Positions 1-11,775 of a stretch of 64,000 nt of DNA are shown piece by piece. A program made the translations under genes and the position numbers. The DNA is from an uncultured Verrucomicrobiae bacterium. Its GTDB lineage: Bacteria > Verrucomicrobiota > Verrucomicrobiia > Palsa-1439. The notes under the pieces were generated by a model, which had not been told where the DNA came from, did no database searches, and saw only the letters and a program-made list of their open reading frames with translations. The first letter of the stretch is position 1. Every line of letters starts with the position of its first letter. The DNA is taken from the NCBI GenBank assembly GCA_963812605.1, contig CAWEWF010000002.1, forward strand, positions 32,001 to 96,000, in the 5' to 3' direction.

Positions 1-2536
1 GAGCGATTGACGCAACGACTCAAGACCACCCGCACGGTCGTCGATGAAACCGGTCGGGCCTATGAAGTGGCGAATCGGCGAATCTTCTTTGACTTCACCT
101 TCTCACCACCCAAATCGGTTTCGATTGCGGCCCTGGTCGGTAATGATCCACGCATTGTGGAAGCCCACCACCGTGGCGTGGAAGCGGCGTTGCGGGAACT
201 GGAGCAGTTCGCGGGAACGCGGGTGCATGCGGGAGAACGAATGACCGACCGCACCACCGGGAACATAGTTTGTGCCATCTTCCGGCACGATACGTCGCGG
301 GCGCTTGATCCGCATCTGCACAGCCACTGCATCGTGTTCAACGCCACGCGCGACCCCGTCGAAGGCCGTTGGAAAGCCTTGCAGAATTTCGAGATGCTGC
401 GGGCGCGTAAATACGTGGAGAATGTCTATTACCACGAGTTGGCGCGTGATCTGAAACAATGGGGTTACAACATCGTCAACCATCCGCGCGGTGACTTTGA
501 GATTCAGGGTGTTTCCCCGGAATTGTGCGAACGGTTCTCCAAACGACATCAGGAAATCGATCAGAAGACCCGCGATCTCTTGGCACAGAATCCCGAACTG
601 GCTGGTGGGAACGTCGCCCAGATCCGCGAGAACGTGGCTCAGAAGAACCGAGCGCGGAAACTCAAGAACGTTCCACAGGCAAACGCTCCAGGCACTTTGG
701 GGGAGCCAGGTTACCGAAACTGAGAAAGCAGCGATCTCGGCGTTGCAGCATGGTGCGCTGCTGAAGCCGGATGAGTCGAAAGCGGGCGATGCACTGGCCG
801 CCGTTACCTGGGCGGAGGAGCACCTGTTCGACCGCCGGTCCGTGGTTCTGGAGCACGAGTTATGGCGGCACGCCTTGGAGCACGCGCGCGGTCAAAACAT
901 CACGCTCACGGCTATTCGACAAGCCACGCGTGATCGGGATTACATCCGCGCCGACCGTGGCCCATTTCAAATCACGACCCGGGCGGCGTTGGAACGGGAA
1001 TGGGCCATCGTGTGCCTGGCGAGACACGGGAGTGGTCGGTTCCGCCCGTTCAGCAATCACTTCTCGTCTTCCAAGCGTTGCTCTTGACCCGGACCAGCGG
1101 AGGGCGGCTGAGCATATCCTGGCTTCGCGCGACTTCGTCACCTTGTTTCGCGGCGGGGCCGGCACCGGAAAGAGCTTTACGTTGCGGGAGGTCAAGAATG
1201 GTCTTCGGACAGCCGGGCATTCCCTGCAAGTCCTCGCGCCGCAACGGCAGCAAGTCATTGACCTGGAGCGAGACGGAATGACGGGAGCCCAAACGGTGAG
1301 CGAGTTTCTCACGAAGCAGGACATGCCTCGGGGTGCCGTCATCATGGTGGATGAGGCCGGTCAGATTGGCGCGAAACAGATGCAACGACTGTTGCGTTTC
1401 GTCCGAGATAACCATGGCCGCGTCATCCTCTCCGGCGACACGCGGCAGCACGGCGCCGTCGAGGCATCCGATGCACTTCGGGCCATTGAGAAATACTCCG
1501 GTCTACGAGCGGCAGAACTCCAGGAGATCCGACGACAGGACCCCGCTCGCGCCCGGACCAAAGCGGAGCAAGCACAGATCATCGAGTACAGGCAGGCGGT
1601 GAAGGAAGCATCCGAAGGGAAGTTGGTGGATTCATTTCGCCGTTTGGATCGGCAGGCGCAATTGTGGAGTGTGAGTCCCTCAACCAACAGGAGCGAGCTT
1701 GCGGAGACGTTCCTCGAATTAGCGGAAGGCAACCACTCGGTCGTGGTGGTTTCGCAAACGCGGTCGGAGATCCATCAGGTGAATGACCATGTGCGCTCGG
1801 CCCTGAGATCGCGTGGCAGGATCGGCGCGAACGAGCAGGTAGTGGCGGCGCTTGAACCGGTCGATCTGACGGCAGCGCAGAAACGGGATCGGCGTTTCTA
1901 CGATGAGAACAGCGTGGTGCTCCTGAACCGTAACGCGGGCGGTTTCAGGAAAGGCGAAACGGCACGTCTCGTAGCCATCACCCAGACCGGGTTGGTGCTG
2001 GAAGGTGGAGAGAGAATACGGAGAGTACCCGTTCCGATTCCTGGACCGGTTGACTGTTTGCCAGCCTCGCGAACTCGCGTTGAGCATCGGGCGACCGTCT
2101 GCAACTGAAAGCCAATGGCCGCACCCGGCAGGGCCGTCGTCTGGCCAACGGCGAACTGGTCACAGTGGACAGAGTCCTGAACGGTGGCCGCGTCAGGCTG
2201 CAAGATGGACGCATTCTCGAAAGCGATTACCGGCAGTTCGTGCGGGGCTTTGCCATCACCTCGTATGCGTCGCAAGGCAAGACAGTCGATTACGTCCTGT
2301 TCTCTGATTCGACGATCAAGGCCGCGACCAACCAGCAGCAGTGGTACGTGACGATTTCGCGGGGGCGCAGGGGAATACGGGTTTTCACCAGCGACAAGGA
2401 GCAACTGCGGGAAAACATCTGCCGGTCCGGTGACCGCGAATTGGCCTTGGACATGGCTGGGGCGCTCCGGCAAGGGATGGACGTGGGCGTGAGTATGGAC
2501 AAAGCACAAGGCATCGGACGATCACCTTCCGTTTGA
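1..2536 (+). CDS. MOBF (TrwC/TraI-like) relaxase with C-terminal RecD-like helicase; N-terminus outside window; at least 4 frameshifts
   Basis: TrwC motifs FDFTFSPPKSVS, HDTSRALDPHLHSH (HUH) and RFSKR in 7..723; Walker A GGAGTGKS, VDEAGQ and SGDTRQHGAV in 771..2108; GFAITSYASQGKTVD and YVTISRGR in 2165..2536. Frame changes near 685, 1075, 2025 and 2090. Confidence 0.9.
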
Positions 2537-2544
2537 GGAAACCT

Positions 2545-3012
2545 ATGAAACGAAGCCAAAGTAAAGACGCACCTTCGGGTGACCCGCCGAAAGGGAATTT
2601 TCTCTCGTGGAACAGAGCCGGTCAGCCAAGGTGTCTGCGGGTCGAATTGGCTGACGGCACCTTCTATGTGTTCCCGTACCAACACCTAGCCCACGTGAAA
2701 TTTGAGCCGGGAACCGACGAGACGATCAACATCACCATCTCTAGCCACGAGGTGAAGATCACGGGCAAGAACTTGCGAGAGTTGGCCTTGGCGTTTCAAA
2801 AATTCACGATTGATTGGGTGAAGGAATTGCAGGCCGGGACGCTTCGTTGCGGCTGCCAATGGCGAGGGCGTCCATATTGCCAGCATCGCGGTCACCAAAA
2901 TTCAAGCGTCGCAATGACCGGGTCTATCTTTGCTGATATGCGCCGCAAATTTATCTTTTTTGACTTGCAATTTATGCCCTCCAATCGCTCATATGTACTG
3001 ACTTATACGTGA
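2545..3012 (+). CDS. Small hypothetical protein downstream of relaxase (3' end possibly frameshifted)
   Basis: ATG at 2545 after GAGGAA; protein-like core CLRVELADGTFYVFPYQHLAHVKFE...HEVKITGKNLRELALAFQKFTIDWVKEL. Confidence 0.55.
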   Translation: MKRSQSKDAPSGDPPKGNFLSWNRAGQPRCLRVELADGTFYVFPYQHLAHVKFEPGTDETINITISSHEVKITGKNLRELALAFQKFTIDWVKELQAGTLRCGCQWRGRPYCQHRGHQNSSVAMTGSIFADMRRKFIFFDLQFMPSNRSYVLTYT

Positions 3013-3037
3013 GGGTGGGGAGAAAGGGGGTTGGCGT

Positions 3038-3731
3038 ATGCAAGGCGAGACGCCAGTGAAATTTGAAGGGCCGGGCAAACGGCAAGTCTTGGTCGTCGAT
3101 GATCACACCAGTGTGCGGATGGCACTGCGATTCGTGATTAATGGCGAGCCGGACATGGTCGTTTGCGGTGAGGCTGAGGATGCGCAACCCGCGCTGGCAT
3201 TGGTCGAACAACTGCTGCCCGGACCTCGTGATCGTCGATATTGCTCTGAAATACTCGCACGGGTTGGACCTGCTTCGCGACTTGCACATTCGCTATCCGA
3301 GTATGCGGCTATTCGTCCATTCCGCTCACAACGAAGAGCTGTATGCCCCGTTGTGCTTCGATTGCGGCGCGTACGGGTACATGAACAAGGGCCAGGATAT
3401 ACAGACTATCGTTCACGCCATCCGGACAGTGTTGGATGGGGGAGTATATCTTAGCCCACGGATGTTGCAGTGGTTTACCGGTTGCGCGCTGACCCGCGAA
3501 ACGGTTGAGATGGCACACCCACTTGGTATGCTCAGCCCGCGCGAATTACAGGTTTTCGAGATGTTGGGGCGGGGGCTGGATATCAAGGAGATCGCCGGGC
3601 AACTCTCGCTGGACCACAAGACCGTCGAGCTTTACCGTCAACGCATCAAGACCAAGCTGGGGGTCAACTCGGCGTCCGCAGTGCTTCGTGCTGCTGTTTT
3701 GTGGGACAATTCACCCGCGTCGTCAGACTGA
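3038..3731 (+). CDS. NarL/FixJ-family response regulator (REC + LuxR HTH), frameshift near 3215
   Basis: VLVVDDH...VVCGEAED in 3038 frame; PDLVIVDIAL and LSPRELQVFEMLGRG...IAGQLSLDHKTVELYRQRIKTKLG in 3141 frame. Confidence 0.9.
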
Positions 3732-4112
3732 TGAACCTGCGTCCGATTCTTTAGACCAAGATTACGGACGACCCGCTGGCCGCGGGCGGGTAGCGGCTGT
3801 GGTTTATACCGGCGTCAACAGACCTACTCCTTTGACCTACACGAGAATCTTCCTTTTCCCGTCATGACGGATTTCGTGCGCTGCGGTAGAACAGGCGCAC
3901 GAGATGATCACTGAGACCCTACGGTTGGCAAACCTAACGGCGCAATACGCCGCGCTCGTCATTCTCACGGCTGGAGAACTGGCTCCACTGTCGCCTGCAA
4001 CATGCGGTCGGGAGATGTCCTGTCACCGGGTCGACCAGAAGTCAGTCGATCATCTGAGAACCTTCATGTTTCACCTGAACACGCTTCGTGCGGAAAACGT
4101 TGGCGGCGACAG

Positions 4113-4463
4113 ATGAAGTACCTAAATATGGTGGGGCCTCAGATACGCAAGTTGCGGTATGTGAGGGGGTGGTCGCAGGAGAAGCTCGCGGAGAAACTGC
4201 AGCTACTGGGCTGGGACATCGGCCGCGTGAGCCTGGCCAAGATCGAATCCCGGCTGGTGCACGTGGAAGAATATGAGTTGCTCTTCTTCGCCAGGGCGTT
4301 CAACGTTCGTCTGGACGACCTCTTTCCCCCGATCGATACGGGGCGTCAAATGCGTGACGTAGTAGCAGAGTTGATGCACCGAAGAACGTCCTCAGAAGCT
4401 TCTCTCAAAAAAGTGATTGCGGTTGGAAAGATAGCGAGGGCTCCGCGCCGATGGTCGGATTGA
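4113..4463 (+). CDS. XRE-family HTH transcriptional regulator
   Basis: VGPQIRKLRYVRGWSQEKLAEKLQLLGWDIGRVSLAKIES is a cro/C1-type HTH. Confidence 0.85.
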   Translation: MKYLNMVGPQIRKLRYVRGWSQEKLAEKLQLLGWDIGRVSLAKIESRLVHVEEYELLFFARAFNVRLDDLFPPIDTGRQMRDVVAELMHRRTSSEASLKKVIAVGKIARAPRRWSD

Positions 4464-4497
4464 TGATTTCGGCGGACCAGCCCGCCTTGGAACAAGT

Positions 4498-7400
4498 TTA
4501 TGGCGCGAGACGGATGCGATAAAAGCGTAGTCTGGCGAGTTGGTCGCGCCACCAGTATCTGTCCAGTTAGTGAATACGGCCCCTGACCGGGAAGATGATC
4601 TCCGGGATTAGTATCGCTGAAGTTACCGCTGCCAACCATGCTAGTACCGGGTGCCGCACCACGTCCGTCCGTCCGCCTCCAGCCTGCCAAGCAATAAGCG
4701 TGTTATTCCCATTCCGAGCAAGCGACGTAATACGGAATACTGAGGCCGGATTGGTCGGATTAAGCCCCACCAGATACTTCAGCAGGTTGTTCTGGCCGGT
4801 GCCGTCTGCATCACAAGTAGCGCAGGAAACGCTGTTGGTGTCGGTGCCGCCCCCGCCAAAGTATTGCGCCCGCCACCAATCTGGAATTCCGTCGCCCACA
4901 CTGTCACCTGAATTCTGCGTAACGGAGAAAGTCTGCCGGCGATGGCCAAGGAGCCACTCCGGGCCGTGGTGTTGGAATTGACTGCAACGGCGTAGTTGAC
5001 TGTGCCATTGCCTGTGCCATTGCTGCCCGAGTTGATTGTGATCCAGTTTGTACTGCTGGCGGCCATCCACACACAATTACTTGTCGGGCAGGCCACTGTC
5101 ACATTGCTTACGCCACCAGAAGAGCCAAAGTTGGCAACATTCGGGTCGATGGCGAAGTTGCAGATCAGCGGAGACTGGTTCGTTGTGAGCGAAATGTCGA
5201 CGCGATAGAACTTCTTGGATTGCACAGCGTTAAGGTCAGTTGTAGTGACCTGATTGCCGTTGGTCAGCGGGCCTGCAAGGCCCATGAGTGGCGACCAAGC
5301 GCTGCTTACCAACTCGGTAGTGAATTGCAGGGTGTACGTCGGCCCTATTACCATCGGGCTAAAGATCAAGTTCTTCTGCGCGGGCTGACCGGCAACATTG
5401 ACGATTTGCAAAATGAAGATCGACGCTGGATTCGTCGGGTTGAGTCCAGCCACGTACTTGAACAAGTTGTTTTGGCCCGTGCCATCGGCGTCGCAGGTTG
5501 CACAGGAATGGTTGTTGGTAGTTGTACCGCTGCCGCCAAAATACTGCTGTCGCCAAGAATCGGGTATCCCGTCACCGACACTGTCCACACCCGGGCCAAC
5601 GGGCACGTTGAACGCAAGCAGCATCTTCGAATAGTTCGTTACCGCGCCAACTGCCGCAACTGACTCCACTGAATACTGGAGATATTGTGACGGCGAAAGC
5701 GACACCGTTGGCTCGGAATACACTCCGACACCTGCGGGAACCTGTCCCACCTTGGAATAGCTGCCATATGGCATTACCGCGCGGTAGATGTCATATCGAA
5801 CCACATCGCGGTCGTTGTAGCCGTCGTCCTCCGACAACGCCCACATGATGATGTTCGTGCCGTCTTGACCAAATCGTGCCGCAACCGAGGTCGGCGGAGT
5901 TGGAGGGCTAATTATGGTCGAGACCTCAATTGCTGATGACAGTGGGCTCTCATTCCCCGTTGTGTCGAGTGCACTGACGGCCACGAAGTAGTTTGAGCCG
6001 AGGGTCAGGCCGCGAAGTAGTACATTCGTGCTGCTAACCTGTACTGGTGACGGCATTCCCTCCACGGAGGCGGTTCCATCGTAAGGCGGCCCATTCTGCC
6101 CCGCTTGGTAGTAAACCGGTAGCGGCAAGGTCCGATTGGTATTGGCAGCCCACGACACCCAAATCCGGCTTTGTCCGGGGGATACGGACACACCCGTCGG
6201 CGTGGCCGGTGGCGTGGTGTCAATCAGGTTGATCTCGACACTGCCGGACGCACCTCCCGCAACTGAAGCGAGATTCACCTTTGCGACCGTTCCTCCCGTT
6301 GGCGCTTGCAATAACAAAGTCACCGTTCCGTTGCTGCTGACGACTTGGACGCCCGGGATGTTCGTATCGGCGTTTGCATTCAAAAGTTGAACACCTGTTG
6401 CCGTCGCAGTGAAAAGCCATTGTTGGGTGGCGACAGCGCCCGTGTTCAGCATCAGGTTGCTGACAACCACCGACATCTGGGTAACACCGTCGGCGGGCAA
6501 TGCGTTCGTGCTGGGGATCAATTGCAAATTCCCCGTGAGCAGAGGCGGGGCCACCGCAAACGTGCCAAGGTTTGTGATCGTGGCTGTGACCGTGTTGGAA
6601 ACAGTGTTCACTGTACCGCCGACCAATTGCCAATGATTCGAGCCATCCGGGAGCCAATAAATCTGCAAACTAGTCGGGTCCAGCCCCACAACATCCGCAT
6701 TGCTGTAGGTGATGCTCAGAATCGCAGTTCCATTGAATGTGTTGGTGCTGGCAAACCGATAAATGCCGCCGATGCCGTACACGTAGTTGCTGGCGCCATC
6801 TGGCGGAAGATAAACTCCCTGAGTCCCGCTTTCAGACGCCAACGGACGAAAGCTTAGAAGGCTCGTATTACCGCTGCCTGTCGTCAAGTGGGGCGCCCAT
6901 GACGAAACAACTTGCGCGCCCGAAGCCAAATCGCCAGCAAGGATGTTCAAATCCGCTTGACCAGTCGAGATGATCGTGTTGCCGCCGCTCTGAACACGCG
7001 TTATGAGTTGCTTGAAAGCGTCAAAAATGACGGGTGCTGCGTTGATTTCCCATTGTGATAACAAGTCTGGCCAAGTCACGGATGGGAAATAATTTGTTGT
7101 TATTGCAGGATACGATTCTGTAGGATAATGGGCAACTCCAACAACGGCTCCGCGTTCGACCACTGCTTCAGCACCGCGCTCACACTCTCCATCTACATTC
7201 AAACCAATCTCCGTCAAGTCCACATTTAACCCAAGATCGAATCCGTTGGTGGCAGCGTAAACCGACCGTTCGTAGGTTATAGGACTCCCTGTGTATAGCA
7301 TTTCCCATTTTTCTGTCAGTCCACGTGGATAATTTGGAAGGTCATATTGCTGCCAGTCTCCAAGAAGTCCGGACCAATAGGTTCTAAGTTCGACAAGGCC

Positions 7401-10400
7401 AATTTCCCAGACACTTCTGTACGATAAGGGCTTGTGCCACCTTGTTGGTCCAATTCTTCCAAAGGAGTGACCCACCGTAATTGAGGTTTAAGAAGAAACC
7501 ACCTTGGAATGGCAAGCCAGACGAAGCTGAAACTTGCTGGGCCGTATCCTTTATCTCCGCGGCAATGCCAAGGTCTGCCATCACACTGCATTCTCCTGTC
7601 AATCCAAGGACGGTCGCCGACTCGCCATGCGCAAATGACTTTTTATAGCCAACTATCGCAGCGATATCAGCGAAGCATTCGCTTCAAAGCTGACGGGGGT
7701 ACTTTGACCGCTTGCGTCGAGAAAAGCGACACTTCCAAGAGTGCCTTGAAGATTGCCACCGACTTGAAAATCGCCTTCCACCGATTGGAGGTTTCCAAAA
7801 AACGACGGTTCAATGTTTGTTTTGACATTGTCATAAAACAACCATTCAAAAGCATCCAGTGCACCGCTTTCTGTAATCAGATTCCCTAAATCCAGATACA
7901 GCTTCAGCGCGTTCTCATTTGGATTAGATGAATTCGGGTCTGCAAATAAATATGTAGATTTCAGGGACCGGACCACCGAATAGTCCTGCGCCAGCAGAAA
8001 AGCCTCCACTATGATTAAACGATACGGAACTCGCTTGCAGAGAAGCGCCTACGTCGAAACCTGCGCCGATGCTTACCGTAATCTCGTCAGAGTCGATACG
8101 CGAGATAGACTCATTGTTTGTCGTTAGGCCAACAATATTGTGCCGCACTTCACTTTCAGCAGAGACATTACCTCCGATGCTGACACCCGGGAACCGGCAA
8201 TGGAACATTAACCCCCTCACCCAGTTGATGCCTCCACACCTGATCGTATTGGCGCGCGATAACCTGCGCTTGGAATGATAATGTCTGTTGGACTTGATCC
8301 CCCACGCTGACTGCAGTGTTTGAACCGTACCGACTGCACCCAAGACGGATGAGGGAATGCAAACGCACACTGTTCCAATTCCATCTCCGAAAGAAACGCC
8401 GGCAACTTCGCCCGGCCAAATACTTGAAATGTCGTTTGTCTGAGGGATTGCAGTGCCACCCGCCTGCACCAAAACAGCAATCCCGCCTTGCGGGCCGTTA
8501 GTGGAATTTACAACGCAATAGTAGCGGTACGCCGTGCCGCCTTGTTCAATCGTTGTTATACTTGGATTCACGTCCGGCGATATTCGGATGAGATGATACG
8601 GCCCGCCCGTACCCGTGAGCGGAATATCGCCCACATTTTCGGTTCCGGATGGCACATTCACACCGGTCAACTGCACCAAAGTGTAATCAGCGGCAGAGAC
8701 ATCCACGACATAACCGTTAGCAGCAGGAATATTGGGCAGTGTGAATGTCCCGTCGCCGAGTGTGCTTGTGGCAAAAGGTTTGTTTTTAACCCTCACCTGC
8801 GCGTTAGCCAGTGGTGAGCCGTTGCCCAACACGCGACCAGTGAGCGCGCCTGTTGCGACATTGCGGGTATCAAGTGTAAAGATGGGAGACACTGCTTGTG
8901 CGAAGTTCCCGCCACCGGGTATTGATAGTTGAATACGCATAGTCCGGGACAGTGTATTTGGAAGGTCTAACCCGGCGTTCCAAATCAAATGATAGTTGGA
9001 ACCGGAGCCGACGGCCGTGGTCACACCGTCACCGGTGATGTTGGCCGGCTGCAGGGTGTAGGAAGCTCCGCTGTTGGTGGAAACCGAGGCTGACACAAAC
9101 ACGGAAGCGGTCACCCCACTCAAGTCGTAGTACACATCCACTAAATCTGTGCCGGTGCGCTGTACTGCACGCACCTTAGAGAGAGCAGCGCTGCTGCCAG
9201 CACTCAAGATCGTGTAAGAAAGATTATCGATTGCGAATCCGTCCGGTTCGCTTCCGACAATAGCTATAGTAAAACCCCCGATGGGGACGGGAATAGAGAA
9301 CTCCTCGATTCCAATCTGTGTGTCTGACGCGAGCCAAGTACCACTCCGTTTGTGTCGAACCAAGTGACAACCGTGCTTCCAATCTTATCGAAGTAGCCGG
9401 CATCGAAAGTGACGTTGTAGGCAACCGTTCTGATAGCCGGATCAGATGGCTCTACGAAGATGACAGTAATAGGGCCCTGGAACTGCGGTGATCCGGACAG
9501 CACCGGCGAAGTTGGATCGGAACCGTCTGCAGTGATGAATGCTGGGCCGTTGGTTCCTGATGAAAACAAAACGCCGGAGGACGAGTATTGGTTGCTGATT
9601 AGCGTTCCTACGGGAAACTCACTGAACGTCTCTGTATTGATCGTGTAATTGTCGACACTGGAGCTCGACTCCAGCGCTCGCAATGCTCCCCACGACATTA
9701 GCGCCCGCCATACTCTGGACCACCACATCGTAAATGCCGACTTCATCCGGTTGCACGTTGCTAAGTGTAAGTGTGCTATTCGTGGCTCCGTTGATGTCGG
9801 CACCATCTACCTGCCATTGATATACCAACGGCAATGCGCTTACCGCTGTGACGCTAAAAATCGCAGTTGAACCAATATTCGCATATTGATCTTGGGGCTG
9901 CGTCGTGATCGCGAGAGCGAGGTTTGTCACAATCGTCACATTGTCCATCGCGAAATGCTCGGCGCTCGAACTATCGCCGGGATGGGGTGTGCCTCCGTAG
10001 GAATTGAAATACACCTCATTTACTCCGAGATAATTGAAGTTGATCAGGGTGGGAGCAGTCGCACTCAACGTGTAGAGGTTGGAATATGTCAACGAGGCAT
10101 CTACGAATCCCAACACTTCCACCTGTAAATTGTCACGCCACGCAGCGGTCATGTAAGCGGATACGAAATTAAACGGTTGAGCACTGGTGATACTGCCTGA
10201 ATTCCCTGACCAATTGTAAGCCACGTTGGGCGGAGAAATCGTGGCGGCGGGATAGCCGCTTGGATTGCCCACATTCGTCGCGCCATCCCAGTAGCCGAAA
10301 TTATTCCAATTCAGCCCCTGATAACCGGCCGGTATGTTCAATCCGTTTGTAGTCACCGTCAGATCGTCGAACGTTATTAGGGATGTACTGGAGGTGGGAT

Positions 10401-11328
10401 AAATCGTCAGAACGGCCCCGACACTTGCCGCTGACCCAATATTGTTGCTCACTATTACCGAATACGTCCCTGTGTCAGGCGCGGACACATTGCTTACCGT
10501 AAGAGTGGTCGCGCTAGAGCCGGCAATATTGTCTCCATCCGTTAAGTTGCTTCCGTTCTTCTGCCACTGATAACTCAAGGGGGCCGTGCCGACAGCCGTC
10601 ACTGTGAAGTTTGCGTTCCCTCCAATGGCAGCAGCCTGCCCCACAGGTTCCGTAGAAATGCGTGGATTCAGGTTTGTCACAATCGTCACGTTGTCCATAG
10701 CGAAATGCTCAGCGCTCGAACTATAGCCGAGATGGGGTGTGCCTCCGTAGGAGTTGAAATACACCTCGTCTACTCCGAGATAATTGAAGTTGATCAGGAT
10801 GGGAGCAGTTGCACTCAACGTGTAGACGTTTGAATATGTCAACGAGGTACCTACGAATCCCAACACTTCCACCTGTAAATTGTCACGCCACGCAGCGGTC
10901 ATGTAAGCGGATACGAAATTAAACGGTTGAGCACTGGTGATGCTGCCTGGATTCCCTGACCAATTGTAAGCCACGTTGGGCGGAGAAATCGTGGCGGCGG
11001 GATAGCCGCTTGGATTGCCAGCATTCGTCGCCCCATCCCAGTAGCCGAAATTATTCCAATTCAGTCCCTGATAGCCTGCCGGTACATTCAATCCGGTTGT
11101 AGTGACGGTGAGATTGTCGAAGGTCACAAGCGTCTGTTGTGCGGGAGCGTTAGTTGGTCCGGATACCAATAAGAGAACGAGAGATCCAAGCCAGACGGAG
11201 GTAAGCGGCTTGAGCCAAATCCCCAGCCGACTCGGGGGAGCGCGAAATACATCGGCCATCCCGCCAGTTGTTACGGCCTCGCCTGGCTCTAGCGGACTGC
11301 GGTGCCAATCATAACTACGATCTCGCAT
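4498..11328 (-). CDS. Giant secreted multi-domain surface protein (~2200 aa reconstructed; Ig-like, carboxypeptidase-regulatory-like, FN3, BACON-like, GDGIPDxW repeats), split by several frameshifts
   Basis: Contiguous minus-strand ORFs 9619..11577, 9264..9806, 7924..9363, 7653..8009, 4779..7475 and 4567..5076. Signal-like WLGSLVLLLVSGPTNAPA; Ig motif TAPLSYQWQKNG...DTGTYSVIVSN; FN3 motif GLTLGSNYFVAVSALDTTGNES; final frame reads RFYRIRLAP-stop (TAA at 4498-4500). Start codon uncertain. Confidence 0.75.
9921..11121. repeat. ~450 bp near-identical intragenic direct repeat (9921-10371 and 10671-11121, offset 750)
   Basis: Long identical runs in both copies, e.g. cctgtaaattgtcacgccacgcagcggtcatgtaagcggatacgaaattaaacggttgagcactgg; both encode ...YQGLNWNNFGYWDG...FAMDNVTIVTNL. 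Confidence 0.95.
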
Positions 11329-11525
11329 CTTACCCTCGCCCAGATTCGGGTTGGTTTTCTGTATCAGATTCAGACTCCAAATCCAATCACAATCAGAGAG
11401 GGGAAGAAGGTGTCTGGAGGTATTCATCGAGACGCAAACGTGGGCTGTCAAATGGAGTTTCGTGCAATCGATTTTGTTCCCAAATGGGAACAACTTACCA
11501 GCCGGTGACGAGTACACTCGCGGCA

Positions 11526-11756
11526 ATGTCAGGGAACAACGAAGCAGTGAATACCTCGCCACAGGCACCCGCACCATCGCTGCCGGATTCAGAACGCCTT
11601 GCGTATTCCGTCGAGGAAGCGGCGCAGCTATTAGGTGTGCACTACTTCAGTGTCTACCGGATGATCCAGCGCGGGAAACTTCGCCCCTGCCGTGTGCTGC
11701 GCGGCAAACTACTCGTGCCTCGGTCGGAACTGCTCAAACTCTTGAAGACTGAATGA
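11526..11756 (+). CDS. Excisionase-like HTH_17 DNA-binding protein
   Basis: RLAYSVEEAAQLLGVHYFSVYRMIQRGKL; start may be 11484. Confidence 0.85.
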   Translation: MSGNNEAVNTSPQAPAPSLPDSERLAYSVEEAAQLLGVHYFSVYRMIQRGKLRPCRVLRGKLLVPRSELLKLLKTE

Positions 11757-11775
11757 GGGCACGGAAAGGAGACGC

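Noticed and set aside
4501-4551. Terminator hairpin TGGCGCGA...TCGCGCCA
   Set aside because: It lies inside the reconstructed C-terminal coding sequence of the giant gene and has no U-tract.
9921-11121. Diversity-generating retroelement TR/VR pair
   Set aside because: Both copies are in-frame coding domains, the differences are not adenine-specific, and no reverse transcriptase is in the window.
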